From Neoechinorhynchus agilis (Eukaryota > Animalia > Acanthocephala), in assembly GCA_051530055.1 (NCBI GenBank), contig CM121343.1:3876389-3940388 (forward strand): a stretch of 64,000 nucleotides of DNA, given 5' to 3'. Each line of letters begins with the position of its first letter. Position 1 is the first letter of the stretch. Made by a program: the position numbers and the translations under genes. Shown piece after piece: positions 1-11,541 of this stretch. The notes beneath the pieces were generated by a model, which did no database searches, had not been told where the DNA came from, and worked only from the letters and a program-made list of their open reading frames with translations.

Positions 1-370
1 ATAAAAACAAACGTTACCCTCGTTAGGACCAAATTCTAAAGAACCAAAACAAATCGGCCCCTCACTTGGACCAAATTTTAAATAACGAAAACAAATAGGC
101 CTCTCATTAGGACCAAATTTTAAATGACGAAAACAAATGGGCCTCGCATTTGGATCAAATTCTAAAGAATCAAAACAAATGGGCCCCTCATTAGGACCAA
201 ATTCTAAAGAACCAAAACAAATGGGCCCCTCATTAGGACCGAATTTTAAATGACGAAAACAAATGGGCCCCTCATTTGGATCAAATTCTAAAGAATCAAA
301 ACAAATGGGCCCATCATTTGGACCAAATTCAAAAGAACCAAAACAAATGGGCCTCCCATTAGGACCAAAA
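1..370. repeat. Tandem minisatellite, 42-bp unit, ~9 copies (may continue left of the window)
   Basis: Unit GGGCCCCTCATTAGGACCAAATTCTAAAGAACCAAAACAAAT recurs every 42 bp (GGGCC at 139, 181, 223, 265, 307). Confidence 0.95.
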
Positions 371-1766
371 CGATCGTGTCCCGATGTGGTCCGATATATG
401 CACCCAAATCGACTTTATTTAGATTTGTTTTGTATCTATAGCGACCTTACATTATACTGAAACATTTATTGAAATTTTGATTTTCTGTTTTAAAAAGCAT
501 TTTGTTTTCACGTGAACAGTTAGCCGAACTCCTTTTATGTCGCTCTGTTTCTATAAGATATTCTCAAACACGAAGGCTTGTCTTTGGCTAGCGCCTAGAG
601 GTTGAGAGAAACCCTAGTGAATTGTCCCGGATGAGTACGCAGTTCGAAGTGCCTTCTTTTCTCGAAAAGTTAGCGAATAAAAGACCCTTCTAACGGATTC
701 CTTTTTCTCCTTCATTTAGTGAAGAATAGCAATAACGGTCGCATGTATTTGGTACATCTTCGTGAGACCAAGAATACTAGCACGTCTCAATCATCGTTAC
801 CTAGAATATCGGCCTTCTTTAGATCTCAAACTTTACAATTTTCATTCTATCGCTCCATTCGACGCGTCGATGATTTACGATATCGTTTATTTGGTTTAAA
901 ATATTTAGAACGTCCAAGCTTTCGGATTTTTTACTTTTGCGTTCCTTATCCTTTGCTCACTTCATTGAATGATTTAAAATTGCTTGGAATTCGAATCATA
1001 AGATTACGTCCCGTGAAGAATATCGGTTCTTGAAATTTTGTTACACTCCAACTGCAAAATAAAAATTCAATGAAAATGGATGTTTCGAATGAACAAAGAA
1101 CTTGTTTTAATGAGATGGAAGCCTCTTTTGCCTATTTTCAACGATAGCTTTAACAAAATGACCAATAGTTACATGGAAGAGCTTAAAATGGATTCCACGT
1201 ACGAACTTTACTCTTTCTAACTTTACAAATCAGTCAGACCCTCTTTACAAGCCCGAAGTTCGTAATTTTGAATTTAAGTGATCGAATAAGATTAGAATTT
1301 TGCGATTTTAAGGAAGTCAAAAGTATTGCTCTCCCGCCTGAATTATGCTCATAGGCGTTGAAGATTATGAACTCAGATGGAAAACGTCTCAAATGTTCAT
1401 GTTGCATTTAGTCACTTATGATTCAGAGTTCTAATGTGTTGCTGGCCTGAGATAAACTTGACTCTTAATTTCTAAAGCAATAAGAAAAGCATTTTTATGT
1501 GAAAAGAACTACACAGACTGAAAAGTGTGAATCTTTTTGCAACAAAATCGTCCATTTTAACCTTTTCCAGTTGACCTTTCCTCACTTTCGAAATGTACAT
1601 TGTCCACAGAGAGTCGTCTAGTCGACGCGCTTGAGTAAAAGTTACTTTTTAGCATTCTTCGTCCTGGCGATCATTTCGAAAAGATCGACCGAAAAACTCG
1701 CGTTGCACTTGATATGAGTTCCATTTTAGAAATTCTTTAGCTTATCCACTACTTTTTCGCAACTCA

Positions 1767-2699
1767 TTGCATCTAACAATGTTCCAGATTTCCTTAGTAC
1801 AAAGAGAAATGATGGCGGTTGATGATTCGACGAGTGCTAAAAACGAACACCGAAACACTGGCATTTCGCAAACGTTCATTGAGCTGGATCTTGTAATCGC
1901 CAAGTTGGAATATATCCTTTTATGGAGAAACCGGGTATTATCACTTACGTTTTTGATCCTATTCGATATTTTGATGATGTATGTTCGCCCCTATCGCCCA
2001 TTGACTCAATTCTGTATACTGTTAATGTCCTTGGCAATTTTCGACTTGGGCAGTCGTTCACTTCAACTAATGTATCCTAAGAACGATGTTCGAAGTATGG
2101 ACGTCGTCAAATGTTCTAGAATGACTCAATCGATATACCGACTGACCAAATTCCAGCGTCGTAAGACAATTATGATCTGTGTCTCGATCGCCATTGTATT
2201 CTATTTTTTGAATAACAGACCAATTAATGCTCTGTGGCACTTTTGTGTAATCATCCTCTTTTTCTATCCGAACCTTGTCTATAACGGATTGCCTCCACGA
2301 ATAATGAAGCCGCTTGCGAAAACCCTATGGCATTTGGATGCTGCGATGAAATACGAACGCAGATCGATCAATGTCGATGAAGATGATCCACTTGAGAATT
2401 GTGATCGGAACTCAGCATCGATCTCTAATTTTAGTTCGGATGATAGTGCGGCTGATTCAACCATTGACACGAAACGTACCGTCCTGGTGAGCAACACGGA
2501 GGACGAATACGATGAAGTTGTATATAGATCCAGGCACGTACCCAGAAGCGAATCTGTCCAAATACATAACGACGGAGTAAAAGAGAGAAGTCGAAAAGGC
2601 GGGTCAGGAATCGAGAAGCAATCAGGTCTAAGATCAAAAGCGAGTCATCGTGGAAATCAACAGACACGACACGGACGTAAACGATGTACTCAGAAGTAA
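1767..2699 (+). CDS. Reticulon-homology ER membrane protein, RETREG/FAM134-like (start probably MMAVDD at ~1809)
   Basis: Two long hydrophobic hairpins. ILLWRNRVLSL and YPNLVYNGLPPRIMKPLAKTLWHLD resemble FAM134 motifs. Acidic tail carries a LIR-like YDEV. Family call is from motif memory. Confidence 0.55.
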   Translation: MHLTMFQISLVQREMMAVDDSTSAKNEHRNTGISQTFIELDLVIAKLEYILLWRNRVLSLTFLILFDILMMYVRPYRPLTQFCILLMSLAIFDLGSRSLQLMYPKNDVRSMDVVKCSRMTQSIYRLTKFQRRKTIMICVSIAIVFYFLNNRPINALWHFCVIILFFYPNLVYNGLPPRIMKPLAKTLWHLDAAMKYERRSINVDEDDPLENCDRNSASISNFSSDDSAADSTIDTKRTVLVSNTEDEYDEVVYRSRHVPRSESVQIHNDGVKERSRKGGSGIEKQSGLRSKASHRGNQQTRHGRKRCTQK

Positions 2700-3929
2700 G
2701 GCCGATATTCTTATTCAATCCTTGAAAGTCACATTGTTTAAACGCTGCTAGAAATAATGTTCTTATATTTTTTTATAAAAAAAGTCGATACCACACGAGG
2801 GGAAATTAATACTTTGGAAACCTGGAGCAAGTCGGTATAAAAATCTTATAGGGAATTCCCAATGCGATTATCTTTGTCATTTCAAAACTTGTTCCTAAAA
2901 TGAATTTTTCAATTACGGTCCCTACTAACAGTCTGAAATTAATCCAAATAACTCCATTTAGCTATATCTTTTATTGATAAATTTAAATTTTTTGATGCGC
3001 TTGTCTGCTTAATTGACTCAAGATTCCATAATTTTCGTAATTTCTCGGCTGCAGTGTCAACGTTGAAAAGTCATAGTGTCTATGCAAATTAGAGCATCGA
3101 AGAGACGAGACCAAACAATCTTTTTTTAGCGGATACTGAATGCTTTTCATAGAGCTGAAATGCGCACCCGATATTGCTTGGTGCCATTGCTACAATCGAT
3201 GTCGTCGGACCAAGCAGAATTTTTAGCCAACATTCGAAAATGATTGATCGCAAAACTATTTTTGTCAGAGAATGAACGATTCCGAAAGGGAATGCTACAT
3301 CCTCGAGGCAATGGAGGATAACTATGTTCCTTTTTTCCCGTTGGAACTTTTACCATTAAAGGAAATCAAGGAATACGGATAACAAACAAATAGACTGTTA
3401 TTTAATCGCACAAAGGATACATGCCAAAGACAACAGCAATCCTTCCCATATATCCATGCAGTTTCGAGAGATTATCAGTACAAAAGGTTCGACGAGCGTT
3501 ATTTGGAAACATTCCTAATTATTTAAGACATCACGGAGCTTAATAACTATTTCTCCTCTCATCAGAACGACAATTAGATAAACAATATTGTCTAAATGTT
3601 AAGGAAAGGGGCATCTTTTTAATAGCTTTCTTATTTGTGATAATAACATTGTTTACTTTACAGTGATTTGTTTATAGCTTATAAACAAAACGTGATTTCC
3701 GGATTTTATACATTTTAAATCGCCACAGAAAATATATAAAAATGTCCTTCATGATAACATTCGGGTGAAAAGTAATCCTCTTGTGGCGATTCACATCCCG
3801 AGAATCAGTTTTATTTTGTTTTCAAACATTGTCATCGGAAAAAGAAACCGTTCCGAAAAAAATGGATAATTTCACCTGTTCAATTCCGAAAATGAACCTC
3901 AACTTTCTTCATGCTTTTCAACTTGCAAT

Positions 3930-4030
3930 CCTAAGACTTCACACACTCCTCTGCCCGGTTTCTCTCTCGAACGTCGGTCCTCAACCACACAATCTTTCCA
4001 TCGTTTTCTCGGCTTTCCACGCCTCCTGGC
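3930..4030 (-). mobile_element. Short remnant of the ORF2 C-terminus of an RTE/LINE-type retrotransposon
   Basis: RRRGKPRKRWKDCVVED resembles the RGRPRKRWxDxVxxD motif at the end of RTE-clade ORF2. Confidence 0.35.
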
Positions 4031-5149
4031 CCCGATGCCAATAAATAGCGACGACCTATATCTTAATGACGTCAGAGAACGATCGGAAGATTGTGAACCT
4101 GGAAGAATCAATAGTTTTTCAAAGACCATGCTCGCTACATTTTGATCGGAGCATTGATTGATGTTTGCCTTATTTTCAACGTTTCATTTTCTTTGATTGT
4201 GTGCGTGAGGATGGTCACTGAGGATTCGGGATGATGATATTTGAACATTTACCAGTCTTCCTGAACTTCAGGTATTTGTACTTTTCAAATGGAGACATTG
4301 ATTTACATGATTGTTTTAAGATTTGTTTTAGAATTTCACGTTTTGCGATTAGCAAACAAAAATAATAAAGATCGGATGATTTATCTTGCTATAGTTTTCA
4401 CTTTTACAACTGGAAAGCATTGGTTTTCACTTTTTATTCTTGGATTATCGGTTTTTATTGGGGAATATTTTATTTGCTATTCAATACCTTTCAGATGGCT
4501 ATACTTCGTTATTTGCTTTCATTTGCCGTTGGAGCGTATCTTGGCGCGTACTCTGCTCAGAATTATAAAATAGAGCCTCTCCTCAGTTTTTCTTAATTCC
4601 GTCCTTCAAGGTTAAGAAACTCTGTATTAGCTAGTCCAGAGGAGCTTTATTCGCGCGCTAAAGCCTTTTTAAGTGAATTCGCATCCAGCGACGCTGTGTC
4701 CAAGGCACGAAATGTGAAAATTGATGACATTGTGAAGGAATATCGTAAATAAGATAAATACGCTTCCAGTGGTAGTAACTGAGTAAATACTATTAAAACT
4801 CATTGAGAGAAAATCCTTCGAGATGATAGAGTTTGAATTGCAGTGATCGTAATCAACGCCAGGATAAAACATATTGAGATATTTCGAAAGAAAAAGCCTC
4901 ACCCGGAAAGGTTTTTGGTTGTTTTGTATGGCTCGGTAGCCCGAGGTTCGGAGACCTCATGTCCGCTCTACACGTCCCTGACCGGTAGCGCTTTAAGCTA
5001 AAGTTTCCTTCCATTTGGACACCAAGACGTCTTTTAAGACTACAAAATACGTACTATGGAAATGTTTGCGGGATGTTGTATTCTTGGTGATTTTTTGACA
5101 TTTTATTTTTATACGCAATCTATGCATTGTTTACAACCTCTCCGCTCCT

Positions 5150-5660
5150 ATTCATCGGCGCTGGCCAAAATGCTGGCTGCATTGCCCCGCTGTACCGCAA
5201 TGCTTATTTTCTGCGCCAAGAACGACGTCGATCTTGGCTCTCCAGCCGCCGCGTTGATTCGTTTCCCCAAGTCCTTCACGGGGCCCAGTTCCGACCCTCC
5301 CAAGGTACGTTTCCACACCGAAGGGGACAAAATGGTAATTTCTTGTTAGCTCCCTGTATTTCGAGCATTTCCGCTCCTCCGGCGCCGTCGCCGCTCCTCC
5401 TGGACCTTTTTTCGAGTGGCTGATGTTGGAGTGTGCCAACGTGTCCACACGCGTTGCTTCCCACAACAAACATTTTCCCTCCCGCCAAGGAATCCATCTA
5501 ATCTACAAAGATCAGTGGGTTCTAGAATGTTCGGGAGGGAAAGCGTTTTTAGGATCCTACTCAGAATGGCATTGATTTCAGCATGGGATAAGGCGAAGTG
5601 CTTAAATCGGTCTTCCCTTGTCTTCTTGATGAAAAGCATCGTTTTACATTGTGCGCTCAT
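5150..5660 (-). mobile_element. Decayed non-LTR retrotransposon fragment, restriction-like endonuclease (RLE, CRE-like) C-terminus
   Basis: Frameshifted pieces read NILEPTDLCRLDG, LWEATRVDTLA, KYRELTRNYHFVPFGVET and KISIAVQRGNAASIL. Confidence 0.85.
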
Positions 5661-5661
5661 T

Positions 5662-5802
5662 TATTGAGACTGTTTTATTATTCTCAACATTTCGTCCATT
5701 TCGTCGGACTGCTTCAAAGTTCACAGTTAAAAAAACTTACAAGCAACTTGCTGAAGTCCGACGCAACGGGCGAAATATTGAGAATAATAGAACAGTCTCT
5801 AT
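5662..5802. mobile_element. Palindromic MITE-like element (family also at ~40345-40410 and ~51905-51960)
   Basis: Arms GAGACTGTTTTATTATTCTCAACATTTCG.. / ..CGAAATATTGAGAATAATAGAACAGTCTC. Confidence 0.8.
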
Positions 5803-6001
5803 TTTTATAATCACCAAAGAACAAATAAATTCTGTATAGTCCGTGAGTTGGATGAGTCTTTTTTTGAGAGCGTTTGCTAGAGTGAACAATCAGAATCTTT
5901 TTAAATGACTGATGAAGCCAATTGAAAATATGTTTTATCCGGTTGAGGGTTATTATCACTACAGATCAAGCTATTAAAAGCGCTCGTCGATTGGATTTTA
6001 G

Positions 6002-7631
6002 ATGCCATTCTTCGGTACGGGAGTTGGTGAGATGATGATATTGAGTGGTAGATCCCACCCAGAACTTTCTGGTTTAATCGAATCGTGAGTTGTTTGTGAG
6101 TCTCAACAAATTTGGCAATGTATCATATTTATATAGGCGCTTTAAAAAGTCGGGAATTGTTAAGTTCTCGAAAAAAGAAAACGGCGGTAAGATTGCGGTC
6201 GCTGATCGACCAATATAAGATTGATTTTAGAAATCAAGTTAGAATTGGAGGATTCAGTAAGGGGAAAAGACATTTATATTATCCAAACTGGTACAAGGTC
6301 AGTTTTCTTTGATATTTTTTGATAAAAATTCCTTAAAATTTATTAAAATCTAAAGAAAGCCCGATGATGATATCATCGAATTAATGATACTTGCATATAC
6401 GTGTCGTACAAATTGTGCCAGAAGGGTTATTGGTGTGGTTCCATATCTGCCATACAGTAGACCGCATGTGCATCACTCAATGGGAATGTTCATTTGTTGA
6501 CTGAGTGATCACTAAGCAGAATAGACAATGTAGGCAGAAAAAACGAGGCGGAATCGTGACAAGTCTACTCGCAAAAATGTTCAAAAGTGCAGGTATTTTT
6601 GAAGTAAATTTTTTGTTTACTTTTTAAAAGTGTAAAAGGCTTTTCACATTTGATTACGCTCGATCTTCACCGTAAAGAAATTCAAGGATTTTTTGACTTT
6701 CCGGTCGACAATTTAGTTGGATTCCGTTTTCTCACCGATTATATTGCATCCGATGTAAGGCATTTAAGAAAAAAAGAGCATCGAAGTATCAAACCTTTTT
6801 TTTAAGATCCCGGACTTTGTTAACGCGGTCATTGTTGCTAGACACCCCAACCAAGTGAAGAGAGCGACTTCTTTTGCTAGTCGCTTGCATATCAATATTG
6901 CTGTTGTTCATGGCGGATCTAATGGCGACGGTGACGACGATGATGGGAATGAGGTAAATAAAGACATGATTTATGAGGACAACGAAGAGGACGAAGGCAG
7001 TGAAAATTCTGACAATGAAAAAGATGATTGCAAACTTACCAATCGCTTACTTAGGGATCTCCGCAGACTTAGACCGACGAAGAATGGTGAACTTGAAATC
7101 GTTGGAGATGTGAATGGGAAAATCGCTATTATTGTTGTAAGTCCAATTTATTTTAAGTTGTTAACTACATTCGTATGACATTTTAATATGTTTTTTTTAG
7201 TATGATCGATAAAAGTGATCAAATTAAGAATCTGTTCTCTATTTACACCATCAGTAAATTTTTAACCGCTTGTTTAGGAGGATATTGTCGATGATCTAAC
7301 GACGTTCACCGATACAATAAAGATTCTACGCGAACATGGTGCATATAAGATCTATATAATAGCCACCCATGGAATATTGGGACCTAACACCATGACCCTC
7401 GTTGAAAGTCTCGATATTGCTGAATTGGTTGTAACGAATTCGATTCCAAATGAGGCCTACGGGATACAAAGTCCCCGTATAAAGATAGTGGACATTAGCC
7501 CTTTGCTTACTGAGGCGATAAGACGTACCTACAATCAAGAATCGATGTCATCCCTTTTTAGAGAATTCGATCTTCCTACGTTTTTTCCAGGTGAAGGGCC
7601 AAGACGAATATCGAGATTCGACATGTCATAG
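6002..7631 (+). CDS. PRPSAP: Phosphoribosyl pyrophosphate synthase-associated protein; 6 GT-AG introns plus one non-canonical TA-flanked interruption
   Basis: Reconstructed protein: ILSGRSHPEL..EDSVRGKDIYIIQ..IIELMILAYTCRTNCARRVIGVVPYLPYSRQCRQKKRGGIV..LITLDLHRKEIQGFFDFPVDNL..EIVGDVNGKIAIIVEDIVDD..ATHGIL..EAIRRTYNQESMSSLF. This is the AP39/41 type. Confidence 0.92.
6458..6523 (+). other. TA-flanked hairpin insertion in PRPSAP (64 nt; non-canonical intron or IES-like)
   Basis: Direct repeat TAGAC at both ends. ATCACTCA (6472-6479) and TGAGTGAT (6502-6509) lie symmetrically, 14 nt from each outer end. Removal gives CCA TAC AGT AGA CAA TGT = PYSRQC. Confidence 0.9.
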
Positions 7632-7651
7632 TTTTTAATATAAAATCTTTC

Positions 7652-10364
7652 TCACAGTTCAACCTTCTTTACGCTTGATTCAACCTCTGTTGCGCTGACA
7701 CGTATCGGCCACATTCGTCCAATTATTCCGGCTTGGATAGCTAGGCCATAGACCACTGTCGTATCTGGATCGATTTTACAGTTCAACTTACTCCCATGAA
7801 ATCGATCTGAAATGATTTGACGAATCCGCGGTATCCTACTCGAACCTCCTACGAGCACCACGTCATCCACTTGATCATCCGTTATATTGGCAGACGCCAA
7901 AACCGCATTGATCGGTTCAATTATTTTTTGAAATACTTCTTTGTTTACTTCTTCAAACTCTGCCCGAGTTACTAATAATACCGTTGAGTTAAAATTTATG
8001 TTGCATTCATTCACTAGACTCAAATTGCGTTTGCACTGTTCACTTATACTTTGTAGCCAGTAGTGATGAGGTAGATTTGAACACTTTCTTCTTATTAAAT
8101 TCATTAGATTCTTTGTAAAGTCTTGTCCCCCTAATGCTTTAATTCTCATTTTCCATCAAATCCAAAATTAGACTCAGCTAGAAATTCAGAGAAATACCTA
8201 ATTCTCAATACGAACCTCCAATTATGAGAATGGAAAAACCTTGCGAAATATTTCTCAGATAAATGAGTAACGACAACACCGGGATTCGCCAACTTACACC
8301 TATGAGAATGTTTGAAGATTGAACTGTTTATATTGGGTTTTTTTCCTTTAGCGAATAATCAAATAATTGATTTATTTTTGTTTGATAAATTTTTGGCCTT
8401 CGCGTAGACCTTCTTCAGTCTATTGTTTGAAAGTGAAGAAGGCCAAAACTGATCAAGCAAAAAATAAAAAAGTAAATGATGAACATCTTTACAATTGAAA
8501 AGAAATTCAAATGATTGTTTTCGAAGAGGCACAAAATCTTATACGCCTTTTTATCAAGGTTGTTAGACGCTTTCATTCAATCAAAATAACTTTGATTAAA
8601 AGGCGTATAAAATTGTTGTATGCCCCTTCGAAACCAATCGACGGTTTAAAACCAAAATCATTTTAACCATCGACAGAGAAAATTCTTTGGGTTAATCTTT
8701 TTTTTTGAAAATAATCCCGGTCATAACGTATTTCGCCTATAAATCCAATGGGATTATTTTCAAAAAGGATGATAAATTTGAAAGTATTTATATAATTGAT
8801 TGTTTTAGTAAAGAAATTCAAATGATTGTTTTCGAAGAGGCACAAAATCTTATACGCCTTTTTATCAAGGTTGTTAGACGCTTTCATTCAATCAAAATAA
8901 CTTTGATTAAAAGGCGTATAAAATTGTCGTATGCCCCTTCGAAACCAATCGACGGTTTAAAACCAAAATCATTTTAACCATCGACAGAGAAAATTCTTTG
9001 GGTTAATCTTTTTTTTTGAAAATAATCCCGGTCATAACGTATTTCGCCTATAAATCCAATGGGATTATTTTCAAAACGGATGATAAATTTGAAAGTATTT
9101 ATATAATTGATTGTTTTAGTAAAGAAATTCAAATGATTGTTTTCGAAGAGGCCCAAAATCTTATACGCCTTTTTATCAAGGTTGTTAGACGCTTTCATTC
9201 AATCAAAATAACTTTGATTAAAAGGCGTATAAAATTGTCGTATGCCCCTTCGAAACCAATCATTCCTTCTTCATATAAGACAACCAATATGAATACCCTC
9301 CAGTTATGTAAATTGCATTATATAAAATGTCTACAATATCCAAGAGAACATTGTAGCTTTACTAATTTTAGCCAGTCCGAGAAAATAATTTTGATAGCGC
9401 GCTATTTGTTCGGCAAGACAATGCGTTCTGACGGATGAAGAATCTACGCTAGACATGAAAGGCCTTGGGTTTCTTGAGCGGACTGACGTAGTAAAATGAG
9501 AACTTAAGCAGTAATCTTCGATGGCCGGCCATTGCGATCGTTAGAAACATTGAGTTCTCAACTCTCATAATTGAAACGTCAGTCGTTCCACCTCCAACAT
9601 CGATGACGATCACGTTCAAAGTATTGGCAATCGACCGGTGATGTAACCCATAAGCTAGAGCGGCTGCTGTTGGCTCGTTTATGATCCGGCTCACGTGTAA
9701 TCCTAACGCAGTTGCGCATCGAGCAGTGGCATTTCGTTGAAAATCATCGAATTCTGCCGGTACGGCCATAACGCAGGCTTTAAATGAACCTTTCATTTGA
9801 TTTTCAGCCGCTCGCCTAAGTTCTTTTATGATAAGAGAACCAATGTACTCCGGACTAATACGACGCTTGTCAGATAACTCAAACAACGGTTGTCCCAATT
9901 GATTTATGTGAATTTTGAACGGATATCGATCGAACTCTGTCTTGTCTCCTCCAATTGTTGGAAAATGTCTTCCAATGAACCTTTTTGTATCGTATATAAC
10001 GTCAATATCTTGATCACCCCTCAACATTGCTTCTTGTTCAGGCATTCTTTTTGAATGTAGCCAATGAGAATGTATGAAATAGAGCCGGGTATCCAATCAG
10101 CGCACTATCATGAGTACTCTTGTGCTTAAAAGCCACAATGGATGGAATACATACTCGATCTCGTCTTTGAACTTTCACTAGGATGTATTCCGGATTCGCG
10201 TTTTTCCCACTTGAAGACCGGTAGTAGCCAACACAACTATAAGTCGTCCCAAGGTCGATTCCCATTAAGTGGGCCTTCGGTGCAGGCCAATACATTTGTC
10301 CGAAATATCCAATTAATAACAAACAGGCAGTTCCTAACCCAGCTAAAGCTGACCCACTTATCAT
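7652..10364 (-). CDS. HSPA13: Heat shock 70 kDa protein 13 (STCH); both interruptions are non-canonical
   Basis: N-terminal hydrophobic LLLIGYFGQMYWPAP, then GIDLGTTYS, VIYDTKRFIG, INEPTAAALAYGL, DVGGGTTDVS, LGGQDF and VGGSSRIP. C-terminal WPIRVSA with no substrate-binding domain. Confidence 0.93.
8132..9513 (-). other. TA(A)-flanked 1380-nt insertion with 19-bp imperfect terminal inverted repeats in HSPA13
   Basis: TA-ATGCTTTAATTCTCATTTT ... AAAATGAGAACTTAAGCAG-TA. Removal gives CGA AGA TTA GGG GGA CAA GAC TTT = RRLGGQDF. Confidence 0.92.
8499..9260. repeat. 311-bp tandem repeat (~2.5 copies) nested in the HSPA13 insertion, next to a dispersed MITE-family fragment (~8355-8500)
   Basis: AAAGAAATTCAAATGATTGTTTTCGAAGAGG at ~8499, 8810 and 9121. 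The fragment at 8395-8437 matches 11795-11840 in reverse and is related to 25318-25512. Confidence 0.92.
10034..10081 (-). other. 46-nt hairpin insertion in HSPA13 (TA at one end, AA at the other)
   Basis: Arms TTCAGGCATTCT (10037-10048) and AGAATGTATGAA (10067-10078) are symmetric to the ends. Removing 46 nt joins ORF 10038-10364 to ORF 9449-10096 in frame (GYPALEAMLRG..IYD). Confidence 0.7.
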
Positions 10365-10497
10365 ATTTATTTACTTATTCGTAGTAGTGGTGGTCAATCA
10401 TAGCCGAATTCTCCTCTTCCCATCAAGATTCTTTCTAACTAAAAATTGAGGTATCCACGCAATGGAACTCGTTATCTCTTTCTTTTTTACATTTCAG

Positions 10498-11541
10498 ATG
10501 GATTCCTATTCACCATTTCTGCAATCGCAAGATGACCAAACTTTAGCTCATCCACCGCCATCCCAAATCTCATTACCTCCCCCTCCAAGTGTGGATCCAG
10601 GCGATTATCAGTACTTGCATTTGCCTTTGTCGACCACAACCAACACCACCACCAACAACAACAACAACACAATCAACAACAACATCACATCTCATTATGC
10701 TTCAGCTACGAGCGGCACCAACAGTGGCTCAGCAACGTCCACAACGCAACCACGGCACTTTTCGTTGGCTCCGTTTCATCTCCCTTTACCTTCGGCTGGT
10801 GGAAATAGCGATGGAAATCCTATCAACACCCGAATATCATCTGACCAGTCGACGACAACTTCAAGAGATAGCTTCCAATCGAAGAGACGGAGATTGCCCC
10901 AAGATTCGTCACTCGGAGATTTAACCAGCATGCAATCACAAAGCGACTCAGATACAGTCTCCCAATTACCCGTTGCCATCTTATCGGACGCAACGGAACC
11001 TCTGAGGCCGAATCTCCAAAACATCGTATCTACCGTTAATTTAGGATGTACTCTTGACTTGAAAAAGATCGCTCTGCAAGCCAGAAATGCCGAGTTTAAT
11101 CCGAAACGATTCGCAGCGGTCATAATGAGAATCAGGCAACCCAGAACCACGGCTTTGATTTTCAGCTCCGGCAAAATGGTATGCACTGGAGCGAAAAGCG
11201 AGGAAGAGTCAAGACTAGCAGCTAGAAAATATGCTAGAATTGTTCAAAAGATCGGTTTCAGTGCTCGATTTTTGGATTTTAAAATACAGAATATGGTCGG
11301 AAGTGTAGATGTCCAGTTCCCTATTAGACTCGAAGGCTTGGTTCTGCAGCATGAGCAATTCTGCAGTTATGAACCAGAATTATTTCCTGGACTGATTTAT
11401 AGAATGATCAAACCCAAAATTGTTTTACTCATCTTCGTGAGCGGAAAGGTTGTATTGACCGGCGCAAAAGTCCGACGAGAGATTTACGATGCGTTTGACA
11501 ATATTTACCCTATTCTTAGAGGATTCCGCAAGTATAACTGA
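10498..11541 (+). CDS. TBP: TATA-box binding protein, intronless CDS (probable 5'UTR intron 10451-10497)
   Basis: Canonical core [69 protein letters not shown]-terminus is T/N-rich. Confidence 0.98.
   Translation: MDSYSPFLQSQDDQTLAHPPPSQISLPPPPSVDPGDYQYLHLPLSTTTNTTTNNNNNTINNNITSHYASATSGTNSGSATSTTQPRHFSLAPFHLPLPSAGGNSDGNPINTRISSDQSTTTSRDSFQSKRRRLPQDSSLGDLTSMQSQSDSDTVSQLPVAILSDATEPLRPNLQNIVSTVNLGCTLDLKKIALQARNAEFNPKRFAAVIMRIRQPRTTALIFSSGKMVCTGAKSEEESRLAARKYARIVQKIGFSARFLDFKIQNMVGSVDVQFPIRLEGLVLQHEQFCSYEPELFPGLIYRMIKPKIVLLIFVSGKVVLTGAKVRREIYDAFDNIYPILRGFRKYN

Noticed and set aside
460-1760. ORF 719-1033 and other short ORFs (3147, 4289, 4669, 28049-28735, 33883)
   Set aside because: No recognisable homology or coherent splice structure.
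8663-9438. Repeated ORFs in the 311-bp, 157-bp (23528-24740) and 154-bp (36930-37666) arrays
   Set aside because: They are chance ORFs in tandem repeats with no recognisable domains.
8132-9513. Invertible phase-variation switch
   Set aside because: Inversion would not restore the reading frame, only deletion does, and no recombinase is present.
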